Below are positions 30,429 to 39,682 of a stretch of 64,000 bases of DNA, one piece after another. Numbering within the stretch: position 1 is the first letter of the stretch; every line of letters begins with the position of its first letter. Made by a program: the position numbers and the translations under genes. The notes beneath the pieces are model-generated. The model had not been told where the DNA came from. It made no database searches and saw nothing but the letters and a program-made list of their open reading frames with translations. Source of the stretch: Vulcanimicrobiota bacterium (GTDB taxonomy: Bacteria > Vulcanimicrobiota > Xenobia > Xenobiales > JADMJV01); the NCBI GenBank assembly GCA_050250895.1, contig JBFWNU010000003.1, positions 160,001 to 224,000 on the forward strand, in the 5' to 3' direction.

Positions 30429-31121
30429 ATGAAAAATTCCAATCGACTCAATCGTCTCGATGGCGAGATACAATCCCCTGCGGGGCTGTCACCCGAGAGC
30501 GCCTGGAAGCCCGTCGGCGACCAGATGCAGCGAGCTTCCGATGTGTGGCTGGCGGGGGACCCCTTCGAGATGCTGAGCGGAGGTCACCTGGAGTGGAAAC
30601 GCAAGATCCAGGAGCGCCTGCAGGTGCCCAAAGACTCGAGCCTGGGACTGAGGATGCGCTTCGTGCCCGCCAACCGCGAGACCCGCCTTGACCTGCCGAC
30701 CATGGTTCACGAAGTGCTCGAGGCCGTCGAGTCACCGGAGGACGGACGTCTGTTCGTTCACGCCGAGGTGACCGACGACACCGAGGCCGGACTGTACCTG
30801 GCTCACGACAATCGTCCCCCAGCGCTGACCACCCAGGTCTGGCTACATTCGGGCCACAAAGAGGGCCGGCTCAAGAGGCTCTCGGGACCGATCCACCTCA
30901 ACCTGCTGTTCCACGATCCGGGAGTGCGCTTCGCGGGCTTGTGGCGTGACGGCACCATGGACTGGCTGCTGGGCATCGTGCACACCATGCTCAACACCCA
31001 GCACAACGTGATTCAAGAACTCTCGCTGGCCCGTTCCAACGCTCGCCAGGGCGGCATCTCGATCGGAGCCGAACTGGTGCACCAACTGGAAGGAGCCGGC
31101 CTCAAAGACCGTTTTGCTTGA
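30429..31121 (+). CDS. Hypothetical protein
   Basis: RBS GGAGG before ATG 30429, in frame with the tracked ORF 30294-31121. Confidence 0.65.
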   Translation: MKNSNRLNRLDGEIQSPAGLSPESAWKPVGDQMQRASDVWLAGDPFEMLSGGHLEWKRKIQERLQVPKDSSLGLRMRFVPANRETRLDLPTMVHEVLEAVESPEDGRLFVHAEVTDDTEAGLYLAHDNRPPALTTQVWLHSGHKEGRLKRLSGPIHLNLLFHDPGVRFAGLWRDGTMDWLLGIVHTMLNTQHNVIQELSLARSNARQGGISIGAELVHQLEGAGLKDRFA

Positions 31122-32895
31122 TGAGGACGCTTTCGATGGGAGTTCCATCGATGTTCAGAGGACTGAGTTCCAGCCCTTCTTCCGTCTGGCTCAAGCGAAA
31201 CCAGTCTGCGTAGGCGTGGCCCAACTCGGCCACCTCGGGACGAAATTCGTCCCACCGGGTGGGGAGGGGCTGGCCTTGCGATTGCAGTCGCTTGAGTTCG
31301 AGCAGGATGATCAGGGCTGCCAGTCCTCGCCGTTGACTTTCGGTCACCGAGAAGAACAGGCGAGGATGCTCGGCCAGGGGGGCCATGCCGTGATCGTCCT
31401 CACCGGTGAGAGCGACCAGCTCTGACCGGGTCAGGGGCCTGGCCGAAGCCTCGGGCGGGAGCTTGGACAACGCCCGCCAAAAAGCATTGTACTGATAGAC
31501 CAGCAAACGACGCTGGAAGAAATGGTCCTCCGACACGGCCTCGGGGACCGTTCCTTTCACCCACTCGAGCAGTTCGGGCTGGGCTGAGGGAAGGCCCTGG
31601 GCCAGGTCGGTGCGCCGCAACGCCTTGTTGGTCCAGCGCTCCCAGGTGGCCGGAGGATAGTTGCCATCCCGGAACTGCGTCCACAGATCAAAGGGAGGAA
31701 AGGTCCCGGGCACGATGGTCTGGCGGACCAGTTCGACCTCGATGGCGCTCGGGGTGGCCACCGGGCTCCACCTGTCTTCGGGGGGCGCAAAATGGAACGA
31801 CTCGAGCCCGAGCGCCCGGATGCTCAGCTTGTTCCAGGGGCGTTCCCCGTTCCATTCTGAATCGACGGCTTCCAACCAAAGCTGGCTCCATTGCCGGGCC
31901 TCTTCCAGATCTTTGACCCCGCCAGCCTCGTTGATGCGCACGATCACTGGGTGCTGTTCATAGGCCGCAGGCAGGTCTTCCAGGGATGGGCTGGGCACCG
32001 CCTTCACGTCCAGCAATCCGGGGTCGTATTCCGTTTTGAGGCTGGCCAGCCAGACGGTGCTAACCAGGCCCCAGGCCACGGGCACGATCAATGCGAGGCC
32101 CAAGACCCGTCGCCACCAGGTCTCGCCCTGATAGAGTGCCCAGGACCGTTGGTGGGCGACCATCATCGCCAGGCTACAGCCAAGCAGCCCTGCGGCCCAG
32201 CTTAAAGCCAGCAGACGCCCGTCGACTCTCAGAAAGACCTCGTCCAGGCTGTCGGCCCAGTTCCACAGGGTGAACTTTAACCCGAAACGCCAGTAGAGCT
32301 GCCCGGCCGTCAAGGTCGCCAGGGACCAGAAGGTGGCCACTGCGGCCAGCATCACCGCTCGCAGTCTGACTCGGGTGCTCCGCAGGTCCCGCCGCCAACC
32401 GCTCAACCACGGTCCGACCGCCAGCGCGAAGACCGTGGCGTTGACCAGGGCGAAGATGGCCGTGAAGGCCAACTGATTCGAACTGGCCACCTCGTCGCGG
32501 AAGTATGGCCAGGCCAGCGGCAGGCTGGCACCGAAGCCGGCAAACCAGCCGTTGAGCGCCATCTGCATCAACCGCCGCCGAAACGGCTGGCGTTCCACCT
32601 GGGGCTCGGTCTTGAGCCCCTTCTTGAGTTTGGCCAGCCACTTGTCCGACGGCTCATCCTCGGGCCTGGACTTCTGGCCGCCCAGGATCTGATCGAACCA
32701 GGCCCAGAACTGGGTCGACGGCCCCACCTCGTCGAGGTGCTCGAACATCGTCTGGTAGACCCGGCGAGCTTCATCGAGGTCGCCTCCGGTATGCCGGTGG
32801 GCCTGGTCGGCGGTGGCTTCCAGCAGTTGGTCGACCGAACCCGGCTCTTTGGCGGCCACCCAGCCCAGCAGCTGATCGGCTTCGCGGTCTTGCAT
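31102..32895 (-). CDS. Multi-pass membrane hypothetical protein
   Basis: 597 aa with about five hydrophobic segments in the N-terminal half. Confidence 0.75.
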   Translation of the reverse strand: MQDREADQLLGWVAAKEPGSVDQLLEATADQAHRHTGGDLDEARRVYQTMFEHLDEVGPSTQFWAWFDQILGGQKSRPEDEPSDKWLAKLKKGLKTEPQVERQPFRRRLMQMALNGWFAGFGASLPLAWPYFRDEVASSNQLAFTAIFALVNATVFALAVGPWLSGWRRDLRSTRVRLRAVMLAAVATFWSLATLTAGQLYWRFGLKFTLWNWADSLDEVFLRVDGRLLALSWAAGLLGCSLAMMVAHQRSWALYQGETWWRRVLGLALIVPVAWGLVSTVWLASLKTEYDPGLLDVKAVPSPSLEDLPAAYEQHPVIVRINEAGGVKDLEEARQWSQLWLEAVDSEWNGERPWNKLSIRALGLESFHFAPPEDRWSPVATPSAIEVELVRQTIVPGTFPPFDLWTQFRDGNYPPATWERWTNKALRRTDLAQGLPSAQPELLEWVKGTVPEAVSEDHFFQRRLLVYQYNAFWRALSKLPPEASARPLTRSELVALTGEDDHGMAPLAEHPRLFFSVTESQRRGLAALIILLELKRLQSQGQPLPTRWDEFRPEVAELGHAYADWFRLSQTEEGLELSPLNIDGTPIESVLIKQNGL

Positions 32896-32970
32896 CCGGG
32901 CCTTTTCGCCAAAGACCTCTCGAAGTCATTGATCGCCAGGAGCAGCCTGGCCGAGCGGGAATGAGGGGGG

Positions 32971-35247
32971 ATGCGGTCGCGACTGGCCATCCCCGCGCTG
33001 GTATTGTGCGCGGGCTTTGCCGCCCTATCCTGGGAGGTCCTCTGGCAACTCGAGGCCTCACTGGCCCTGGGCGTGTCGGCCCTGGGCACGGCCATCACCC
33101 TGGCTACCACCATGGGCGGAATGTCGCTGGGCTCCCTGGCCATGGGTGCTTTTCTGCGTCACCGTCCCCCGACCCGACCGTTGCGGGTCTATGCGCTCCT
33201 CGAGGGCTGCATCGGAGTCTGCGGCCTGTTGCTCAAGCCGGGTTTTGCCCTGCTCGAACGCCTCGATTCGAGCTTTTACCTTTCTAGCCCGACCCTCACT
33301 CCCGCCCTGCATATGACCGGGATGGTCGTGGTGCTGGGGGTCCCGGCTATGGCCATGGGAGCCAGCGTGCCGGTCTTCGGTCTGGTGGCCGCCCGCTGCC
33401 AGACTTCGATCTCGCGGCTTTACGCGCTCAACACGGCCGGGGCGGCGGTGGGCTGCCTCGCGATCGCTCTGTTTCTCATTCGCAAGTTGGGGGTGAGCCA
33501 CTGCGCCTGGCTGGCTGCCTCGCTCAATCTGGGGGTGGCTGTGGTGGCTTTCTTCCTGCCCGAAGACGAGGCGGTCGAGAGCGAGACCTCTCTGGTTCGC
33601 CCCGCACCGCCCCCGGCGGCCGGTCTGATCGTGTTCCTGACCGGCTACGCCACCTTCGCCCTCGAAGTGGCCTGGTTCCGCTCGCTCCGCGCGGCCTTTC
33701 ACAGCACCACCGAGAGCTTCGCGATCATGCTGGCGGCTGTGCTCATCGCCCTGGCTCTGGCGGCCGTGCTGGTGCCCATCCTGCATCGGCGCATCCAACT
33801 GCCCCTGGTGTTGGCCCTGGCCGGGTTGGCCGTGCTGGTGGTCACTCCGCTGGTGGAACGCTTCGACCTGCTGCCCTCGGGGGGAGCTTACTGGTCGATG
33901 CTGGTCAGCTGGATGGGGCACTCCCTGCTGGTGTTGGGCACCCCGGTCTGCCTGCTGGGAATGGTCCTGCCCTGGGTGCTCGACGCCCAGACCACTCCGG
34001 CCGATTGGGCTCGCTGCTACGCCCTCAATACCTTCGGCGCTATTCTGGGAGCCATCTCGGCGGCCTGGCTGTGGCTGCCTCTGCTGGGATTCGCTCGCAC
34101 TGCCTGGCTGGTGGGTGGGCTGGTGAGTCTGGCGGGTTGCTGGTTGCTGGCCGGCAAACTGCGCATCCCGCTGGCCCTGATGACTCTGGGCGCCCTGGCC
34201 TGCGCCGCTCGTTTCGAATCCGGAGTCGGCCGCCAGCGCATCCAGGGCCATCTCTCGTTCAAGAATTACAAGGTGCTGGCCGCCCACGAGACGCCCGATT
34301 CGACCGTCTCCGCCGTCGAACTCAGCGATGGCGAGCGGGCCCTGGTCATCGACGGCTTCGAGGCGGCCGACGAGCGGCGCGAGATGTCCCACTACATGGA
34401 GTGGATGGGCCGCCTACCGATGATTCTCCATCCTCACCCCGAACGCTCGCTCATCATCTGCTTTGGCACCGGTCAAACCACCAATGGCGTGCGCCGCGAG
34501 GGGGACGGGAAGGTCGACGTGGTCGAACTTAATCGGGTGGTGCTCGAGATGGCTCCGCTTTTTACCGCCAACGAGGGGGTTTTGACCGACCCCCGCGTCA
34601 CCGCCCGGGCCATGGATGGGCGGGCCTGGCTGCGGCGCACCGACCAGACTTACGACGTGATTACCCTCGAGCCGATGCCGCCCAACTTTGCCGGCGTCAA
34701 CGCCCTCTATTCCCGCGAGTTTTACGCCCTGGCCCGCCAACGATTGGCGCCGGGAGGAGTGGTGGCCCAGTGGGTTCCTTTCCATCTGCTGGCGCCCTAT
34801 CACGCCACCTCCATCGCCCGTACCTTCCAGGATATCTTTCCCAACTCGGGCATGTGGATCGACCCGGTAGGCTTCACCGGCATTTTGGTCGGTTCGGTCG
34901 ACGGTCCGCCCATCGGTCAGCAGTGGCCGGGGCTGGGTCGTGACATCGCGCGCAGCCTCACCGACGCCGAGGTCGAGCAGGCCATGGTGCTCGGGCCCGA
35001 GGCCCTGCGTCGTTATGGCGCGCTGGGCGACGTGATCACCGACGACAATCAGCTGCTGGCCTACGGTGCCAGCACCCTGCTCAAGCAGAAGGTCGAGCAC
35101 CTGCACGAATCCAACCTGGCCCTGCTCCACTGGGCCTCGAGCGACCCTCCGCCGGCCAACTTCTCGTCGCGCCCCATCCTGGAGTTGCGCACGACCCTCA
35201 GGGCCCGCCAGATCGATCCCGCTCCCGCCCCCAGCCCGAAATTCTGA
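32971..35247 (+). CDS. Fused membrane domain/spermidine synthase-like protein
   Basis: About 13 TM segments (LYALNTAGA), then IICFGTGQT, VVELN, DGRAWL, YDVITLEP, LYSREFY. Confidence 0.9.
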   Translation: MRSRLAIPALVLCAGFAALSWEVLWQLEASLALGVSALGTAITLATTMGGMSLGSLAMGAFLRHRPPTRPLRVYALLEGCIGVCGLLLKPGFALLERLDSSFYLSSPTLTPALHMTGMVVVLGVPAMAMGASVPVFGLVAARCQTSISRLYALNTAGAAVGCLAIALFLIRKLGVSHCAWLAASLNLGVAVVAFFLPEDEAVESETSLVRPAPPPAAGLIVFLTGYATFALEVAWFRSLRAAFHSTTESFAIMLAAVLIALALAAVLVPILHRRIQLPLVLALAGLAVLVVTPLVERFDLLPSGGAYWSMLVSWMGHSLLVLGTPVCLLGMVLPWVLDAQTTPADWARCYALNTFGAILGAISAAWLWLPLLGFARTAWLVGGLVSLAGCWLLAGKLRIPLALMTLGALACAARFESGVGRQRIQGHLSFKNYKVLAAHETPDSTVSAVELSDGERALVIDGFEAADERREMSHYMEWMGRLPMILHPHPERSLIICFGTGQTTNGVRREGDGKVDVVELNRVVLEMAPLFTANEGVLTDPRVTARAMDGRAWLRRTDQTYDVITLEPMPPNFAGVNALYSREFYALARQRLAPGGVVAQWVPFHLLAPYHATSIARTFQDIFPNSGMWIDPVGFTGILVGSVDGPPIGQQWPGLGRDIARSLTDAEVEQAMVLGPEALRRYGALGDVITDDNQLLAYGASTLLKQKVEHLHESNLALLHWASSDPPPANFSSRPILELRTTLRARQIDPAPAPSPKF

Positions 35248-35300
35248 CACTTCTTACGCGAGCGCCAGGAGTCGGCGGGCCAAGTCGGTATTAGCCAGGC

Positions 35301-36083
35301 ATGAAAAAGCTTCTACCTCTTCTGCTTGCCCTGAGTCTGGGCGCCTCTGCCGACCACACCATCACCATGCGCACTACCTTCGCCGACCCGGCCGCGGGGG
35401 GCATGAAGATGACCTCGACCACCCGCACCAAGAACAAGCGCCAGCGCGTCGAGGATGTGACCGAGATGAGCGGCTTCAAGATGTCCAACATCCGGCTGGT
35501 CATGTGCGACCTCGAGCAAGAGGCGCAACTCGACCCCGACAACAAGATCTATACCGTCCGCAGCATGAATCCCCTCACCTACATGAATCCCGATCCCAAC
35601 AAGCAAACGCAGGTGAACAAAGGCACCGGCAAGATGTCGACCAACGTCAAGGTGCAGGACAAAGGGGTCGAGAAGGTGGCCCAGGTCAACGCTCACCACT
35701 GGATCGTCGACTCGCAGATGAAAGGCACCGGTTGCATCGGTAACTTCGATTACAAGAGCACCCGCGAGTTCTGGACCTCGGACCTGCCGTCGTTCTCCTG
35801 CCCCATCTACAACGGCTCCTGGACCAGCCAGACCATCAACGAGTGCAAGGTCACTAACGAGATGACCGGCGATGTGGCCAAGTTCATGGAGGCGATGTCC
35901 CACGAGGTGGTCAAAGAAATCATCTATGTCGACGGCAAGCCGAGCATGACCCGCGAGCTGGTCGACTTTTCCAAAGCCGCTCTCGAGGATTCGCTGTTTA
36001 GCCTCGACGGCTATCGCAAGGTGTCTGACGCCGAATTTCAGGCGGCTCAGCAGAAGAAGATGATGGAGATGTACCAGCGTTGA
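35301..36083 (+). CDS. Secreted hypothetical protein (DUF4412-like)
   Basis: Signal peptide MKKLLPLLLALSLGASA; beta-rich; LFSLDGYRKV near the end. Confidence 0.75.
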   Translation: MKKLLPLLLALSLGASADHTITMRTTFADPAAGGMKMTSTTRTKNKRQRVEDVTEMSGFKMSNIRLVMCDLEQEAQLDPDNKIYTVRSMNPLTYMNPDPNKQTQVNKGTGKMSTNVKVQDKGVEKVAQVNAHHWIVDSQMKGTGCIGNFDYKSTREFWTSDLPSFSCPIYNGSWTSQTINECKVTNEMTGDVAKFMEAMSHEVVKEIIYVDGKPSMTRELVDFSKAALEDSLFSLDGYRKVSDAEFQAAQQKKMMEMYQR

Positions 36084-36568
36084 GGTGGCTCATCTGTATT
36101 CTCTTGGCGCTGGCCGCGCCGGGTTGGGCCCAACTGCGCGACCTGGACGGAGCGACCCATTCGGTGGCCGGGCTGGCCGCCGGGCAGAAAGCCACGGTGT
36201 TGGTGGTGTGGTGCAGTCGCTGTCACAGCTGCCGGGGCGTCGAGAACGATCTGGCCGCCTTCTCGCGCGACGGAGTCAGGCTGTTTGCGGTCGACCCGCA
36301 TCCAGCCGACGACGCCCAGCGAGTGCGCTCGTTTCTGGCCGAGCAGGGCCTGAGTCTCGAGGTCTTGCTCGACTCTGACCAGAGCTTTCTGCGCCAGTAT
36401 CAGATCGACCGCACCACCACCGCCCTGGTCTTCGACCAGACTGGAAAGCTTCGCTACTTCGGCCCCTTCCAAGACTATGCGGCGGAAGCCGTCGACGAGG
36501 TCCTGGGCGGGCAAGAGGTTACGGTGTCGACTCGTCCATTGCAGGGGTGCCCGATTCCTCGCCCTTAG
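36080..36568 (+). CDS. Exported redoxin (AhpC/TSA/TlpA-like), copy 1
   Basis: Signal peptide, WCSRCHSC, ALVFDQTGKLRYFG, GCPI. Confidence 0.85.
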   Translation: MRWLICILLALAAPGWAQLRDLDGATHSVAGLAAGQKATVLVVWCSRCHSCRGVENDLAAFSRDGVRLFAVDPHPADDAQRVRSFLAEQGLSLEVLLDSDQSFLRQYQIDRTTTALVFDQTGKLRYFGPFQDYAAEAVDEVLGGQEVTVSTRPLQGCPIPRP

Positions 36569-36644
36569 GATAAGTGGACCCATTCGGGCCATTTCTAGGG
36601 CCATGCGCAGGAACCCCTCCGGACTGCGGGAAGAACGGTATTCG

Positions 36645-37805
36645 ATGAACTTCGTTTATCTGTCCCCCCATTTTCCCCCGAATTACCAGGCCTTTTGTAT
36701 CGAGCTGCGTTTGCAGGGGGCGAATGTGCTGGGTCTGGCCGAGGCTCCGTATGATTCTCTCTCGCCCCGTTTGCGCAACGTCTTGACCGAGTATTATCGG
36801 GTCGACGACATGCACGACTATGATCAGCTGGTGCGGGCGTTGGGCTATTTCACGCACCAGTACGGCAAAATCGACCGGCTCGAATCGCACGCCGAGTACT
36901 GGCTCGAGACCGAGGCCAGGCTGCGCACCGACTTCAACATCACCGGTCTGCGCGCCCACGACCTGCCCACCATGAAGCGCAAGTCGCTGATGAAGCAGAA
37001 GTTCATCGAGGCCGGCGTCGAGGTGGTTCGCGGCGAGGTCGCCCGCGATCGCAATCACGCCCTCAAGATCGCTAAGAAGCTGGGCTTTCCGCTGGTGGCC
37101 AAGCCCGACATCGGGGTGGGAGCGGCCGGAACTTTTCGTTTCGACGATGCCGACGCTTTGAGCGCGTTCTACGAGCAGAGCCATCCTCACGACTACATCC
37201 TCGAGCAATACATCGACGGCGTGTTGACCAGCTTCGATGGCCTGGTCGACCGCGATGGCAAGCCGGTGTTGCTGGCCTCGCACGTGTTCTCGGACGGAAT
37301 CATGGACGTGGTCAGCCAGGACCTCGACATGTTTTACTACTCCGAGCGCGAGCTGCCCCAGGACCTCGAGCAGGCCGGCCGGGCGGTGCTGGCCGCCTAT
37401 GGCCTGACCGAACGATTCTTCCATTTCGAGTTCATCCGTCGCCACAGCGACCAGAAGCTGGTCGGCCTCGAGGTCAACATGCGCCCGCCGGGAGGGTTGA
37501 CCACCGACATGTTCAACTTCGCCAACGACATCGATATCTATCGCCAGTGGGCCCGAGTGGTAGTGGGCAAGTCGTTCGAACCCGATCCGGCCCGGCCGTT
37601 TCATTGCTGCTACATCGGTCGCAAGGACAACCGCACCTACCGCCACGACCACGATCAGGTGTTGGCCCGGGCGGGCGACTTGCTGTGCCACGAGGAGCGG
37701 GTCCAATCGGTCTTTCGGGGGGCCATCGGGGATCACGGCTATCTGCTACGTTCACCCCAATTGAACGACTTGCTAGAGGTAGCCAACTACGCTTTGGAGA
37801 GCTAG
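36645..37805 (+). CDS. ATP-grasp domain protein, copy 1
   Basis: MNFVYLSPHFP, AKPDIGVGA, LEQYIDG, FFHFEF, LEVNMRPPG. Confidence 0.9.
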   Translation: MNFVYLSPHFPPNYQAFCIELRLQGANVLGLAEAPYDSLSPRLRNVLTEYYRVDDMHDYDQLVRALGYFTHQYGKIDRLESHAEYWLETEARLRTDFNITGLRAHDLPTMKRKSLMKQKFIEAGVEVVRGEVARDRNHALKIAKKLGFPLVAKPDIGVGAAGTFRFDDADALSAFYEQSHPHDYILEQYIDGVLTSFDGLVDRDGKPVLLASHVFSDGIMDVVSQDLDMFYYSERELPQDLEQAGRAVLAAYGLTERFFHFEFIRRHSDQKLVGLEVNMRPPGGLTTDMFNFANDIDIYRQWARVVVGKSFEPDPARPFHCCYIGRKDNRTYRHDHDQVLARAGDLLCHEERVQSVFRGAIGDHGYLLRSPQLNDLLEVANYALES

Positions 37806-38537
37806 ATGTACGAAACCCATCGCTGGTGGAGCCCCCACCTGGGGCAAGACATGGAATTTCGGGTCTACGGCCATGCTGGCAAGCCCGCCATCGTCTTCCC
37901 TTCGCAAGAGGGGCGTTTCTTCGAGTATCACGACTTCGGCATGGTCGAGGCGGTCAAGCCGTGGCTCGACCAGGGCCGGTTGCGCCTGGTCACGGTCGAT
38001 GGCATCGACGGCCAGAGCTGGCTTAACAACGACATTCATCCTCACCATCGCGCTTTGCGGGCTCACGCTTACGACGCCTACATCATGAACGAGATCGTGC
38101 CGTTCGTCGAAGCCATGGCTCCCGATCAGGGCATCATGCTCACGGGTTGCTCGATGGGTGGTTACCACTCGGCCAACGTCTTTTTCCGCCACCCCGGCCG
38201 CTTCGACACTTTGATCGCCATCAGCGGAGTCTATCGGCTGATGCTGTTCATTGGCGACTACATGGACGAGGAGGTCTACTTCCACGTGCCCCTGGCCTAC
38301 CTGCCCAACCTGCACGACCCGGCGGCGCTCGAGGCTATGCGCCGAGCCCGCATCGTGGTGGTGGTGGGTCAGGGAGCCTGGGAGCACGACATGGTCCACG
38401 ACACCCGCGCCCTCGAGCAGATCCTCCAGTCCAAGAACGTCCCGGCCCGCTTTGACTATTGGGGCCACGATGTCGACCACGACTGGCCCTGGTGGCGCAA
38501 GATGATGCCCCACTTCCTGACCGAACTGGGCATCTAA
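37806..38537 (+). CDS. Alpha/beta-hydrolase esterase, copy 1
   Basis: GCSMGGYH nucleophile elbow, HDWPWW. Confidence 0.9.
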   Translation: MYETHRWWSPHLGQDMEFRVYGHAGKPAIVFPSQEGRFFEYHDFGMVEAVKPWLDQGRLRLVTVDGIDGQSWLNNDIHPHHRALRAHAYDAYIMNEIVPFVEAMAPDQGIMLTGCSMGGYHSANVFFRHPGRFDTLIAISGVYRLMLFIGDYMDEEVYFHVPLAYLPNLHDPAALEAMRRARIVVVVGQGAWEHDMVHDTRALEQILQSKNVPARFDYWGHDVDHDWPWWRKMMPHFLTELGI

Positions 38538-38708
38538 CCCTGAGCGGCCTCTCTGGCCGCTTTCAACCTCGGCATGAGGCTGGGGTGTAAAGTACCGAGC
38601 TTCGGGTTCTGCCCGTGGCGCGGACGAGGTGGGACCGCAAACCATTGTCAATTTGCCTCTTTGGATATCAAGAAGATGTCATGTGAGGAGCGGTTTGTCC
38701 ACTTCGGA

Positions 38709-39263
38709 TTATTTGAAGGGCAATTGGATGCTGGTCGTGGTTTGCGACGTCTGGTCGCGGCTCTGGCCCGAAGCTCCGCGGATGGTGGTGCTGCCTTCGA
38801 TGGTGGCGGTCACCACCGTGTCGGACAGGCGGTCGACCTCGAAGCTGCTGATTTGCCGTCCCAGGATTCGCTGGGGCGCGGCGCCATAGACACTTTCCAG
38901 CACCAGCGTCTCGGGGCCGGCCACCTGACGGATGCGAAAGAGTTCATAAACGGGGCTGCGCGGATCGAAGGGAGTGGCCGGGTCCATCAGCTCGGCCGGG
39001 GCACAGAAGATGACCTCAGAAGCGGTAGCGCCTACTCCAGGAGCATAGATCGCGGTCTGGATTTCGCTGGGGGCGACCGCCGAGCGCAAGATCAGGCTGC
39101 TGCGTTTGGTGGCTTCGCGCAATTGGATCTCCATCTCGACTCGCTGCGTGCCCTGATGGCTGGAAGCGATGAAGCCTCTGAGGGCAAAGGCGAACATGGC
39201 TCCGATGATGCTCAAGAGAGCGACCGACACCAGCAGTTCAGCGATGGTAAAGCCTCGCCTCAT
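38709..39263 (-). CDS. Prepilin-type (PilW/GspJ-like) protein, copy 1
   Basis: MRRG|FTIAELLVSVALL class III signal. Confidence 0.88.
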   Translation of the reverse strand: MRRGFTIAELLVSVALLSIIGAMFAFALRGFIASSHQGTQRVEMEIQLREATKRSSLILRSAVAPSEIQTAIYAPGVGATASEVIFCAPAELMDPATPFDPRSPVYELFRIRQVAGPETLVLESVYGAAPQRILGRQISSFEVDRLSDTVVTATIEGSTTIRGASGQSRDQTSQTTTSIQLPFK

Positions 39264-39682
39264 GGAGCCCGATGCAATCCTTTGAGAGTCACCCCGTGCT
39301 CGACGCCTTTACTTTCCCAATAGAGATTGACCGTGACTTCGAAGAGAAGATAGCCGTAGTTGGCGGGATTGGTGTCCTGTCGAACCATCTGGAGGTTGCG
39401 GGTGTAGCCGGTGCCGGCCGGAAAATTGGCCGTGAAGGGAGCGGCCTCGAGGGCCACGCGAGCGTTGATGGGGTCATTGATAGGAGCCACCTCGGGAAGG
39501 TTGCCGACCCGAACCAGATCGAGCACCTGTCGCGCCACACCCAGGGCTTCATCGGTCTTGGCCGCCTGCTGGGCGCCGCGAAAAGCCGAGATGATCACTC
39601 CCAGCAAAGCCAGCAGCACCAGGCCAAGCACGGCCACGGCCACGATGGTTTCGAGCAGACTCAGGCCACGCGGCGATTTCAC
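39260..39682 (-). CDS. Prepilin-type (PilV-like) protein, copy 1
   Basis: PRG|LSLLETIVAVAVLG; GTG start overlaps the upstream stop. Confidence 0.85.
   Translation of the reverse strand: MKSPRGLSLLETIVAVAVLGLVLLALLGVIISAFRGAQQAAKTDEALGVARQVLDLVRVGNLPEVAPINDPINARVALEAAPFTANFPAGTGYTRNLQMVRQDTNPANYGYLLFEVTVNLYWESKGVEHGVTLKGLHRAP

Noticed and set aside
30429-31121. Faint resemblance to a duplicated RusA-like fold
   Set aside because: Catalytic DxDN motif absent; cannot be supported by eye
39413-39424. GCCGGCCGGAAA (also in the duplicate) as another HNH-2 palindrome
   Set aside because: Lacks the TT left arm; lies in ordinary coding sequence and is expected by chance at this GC
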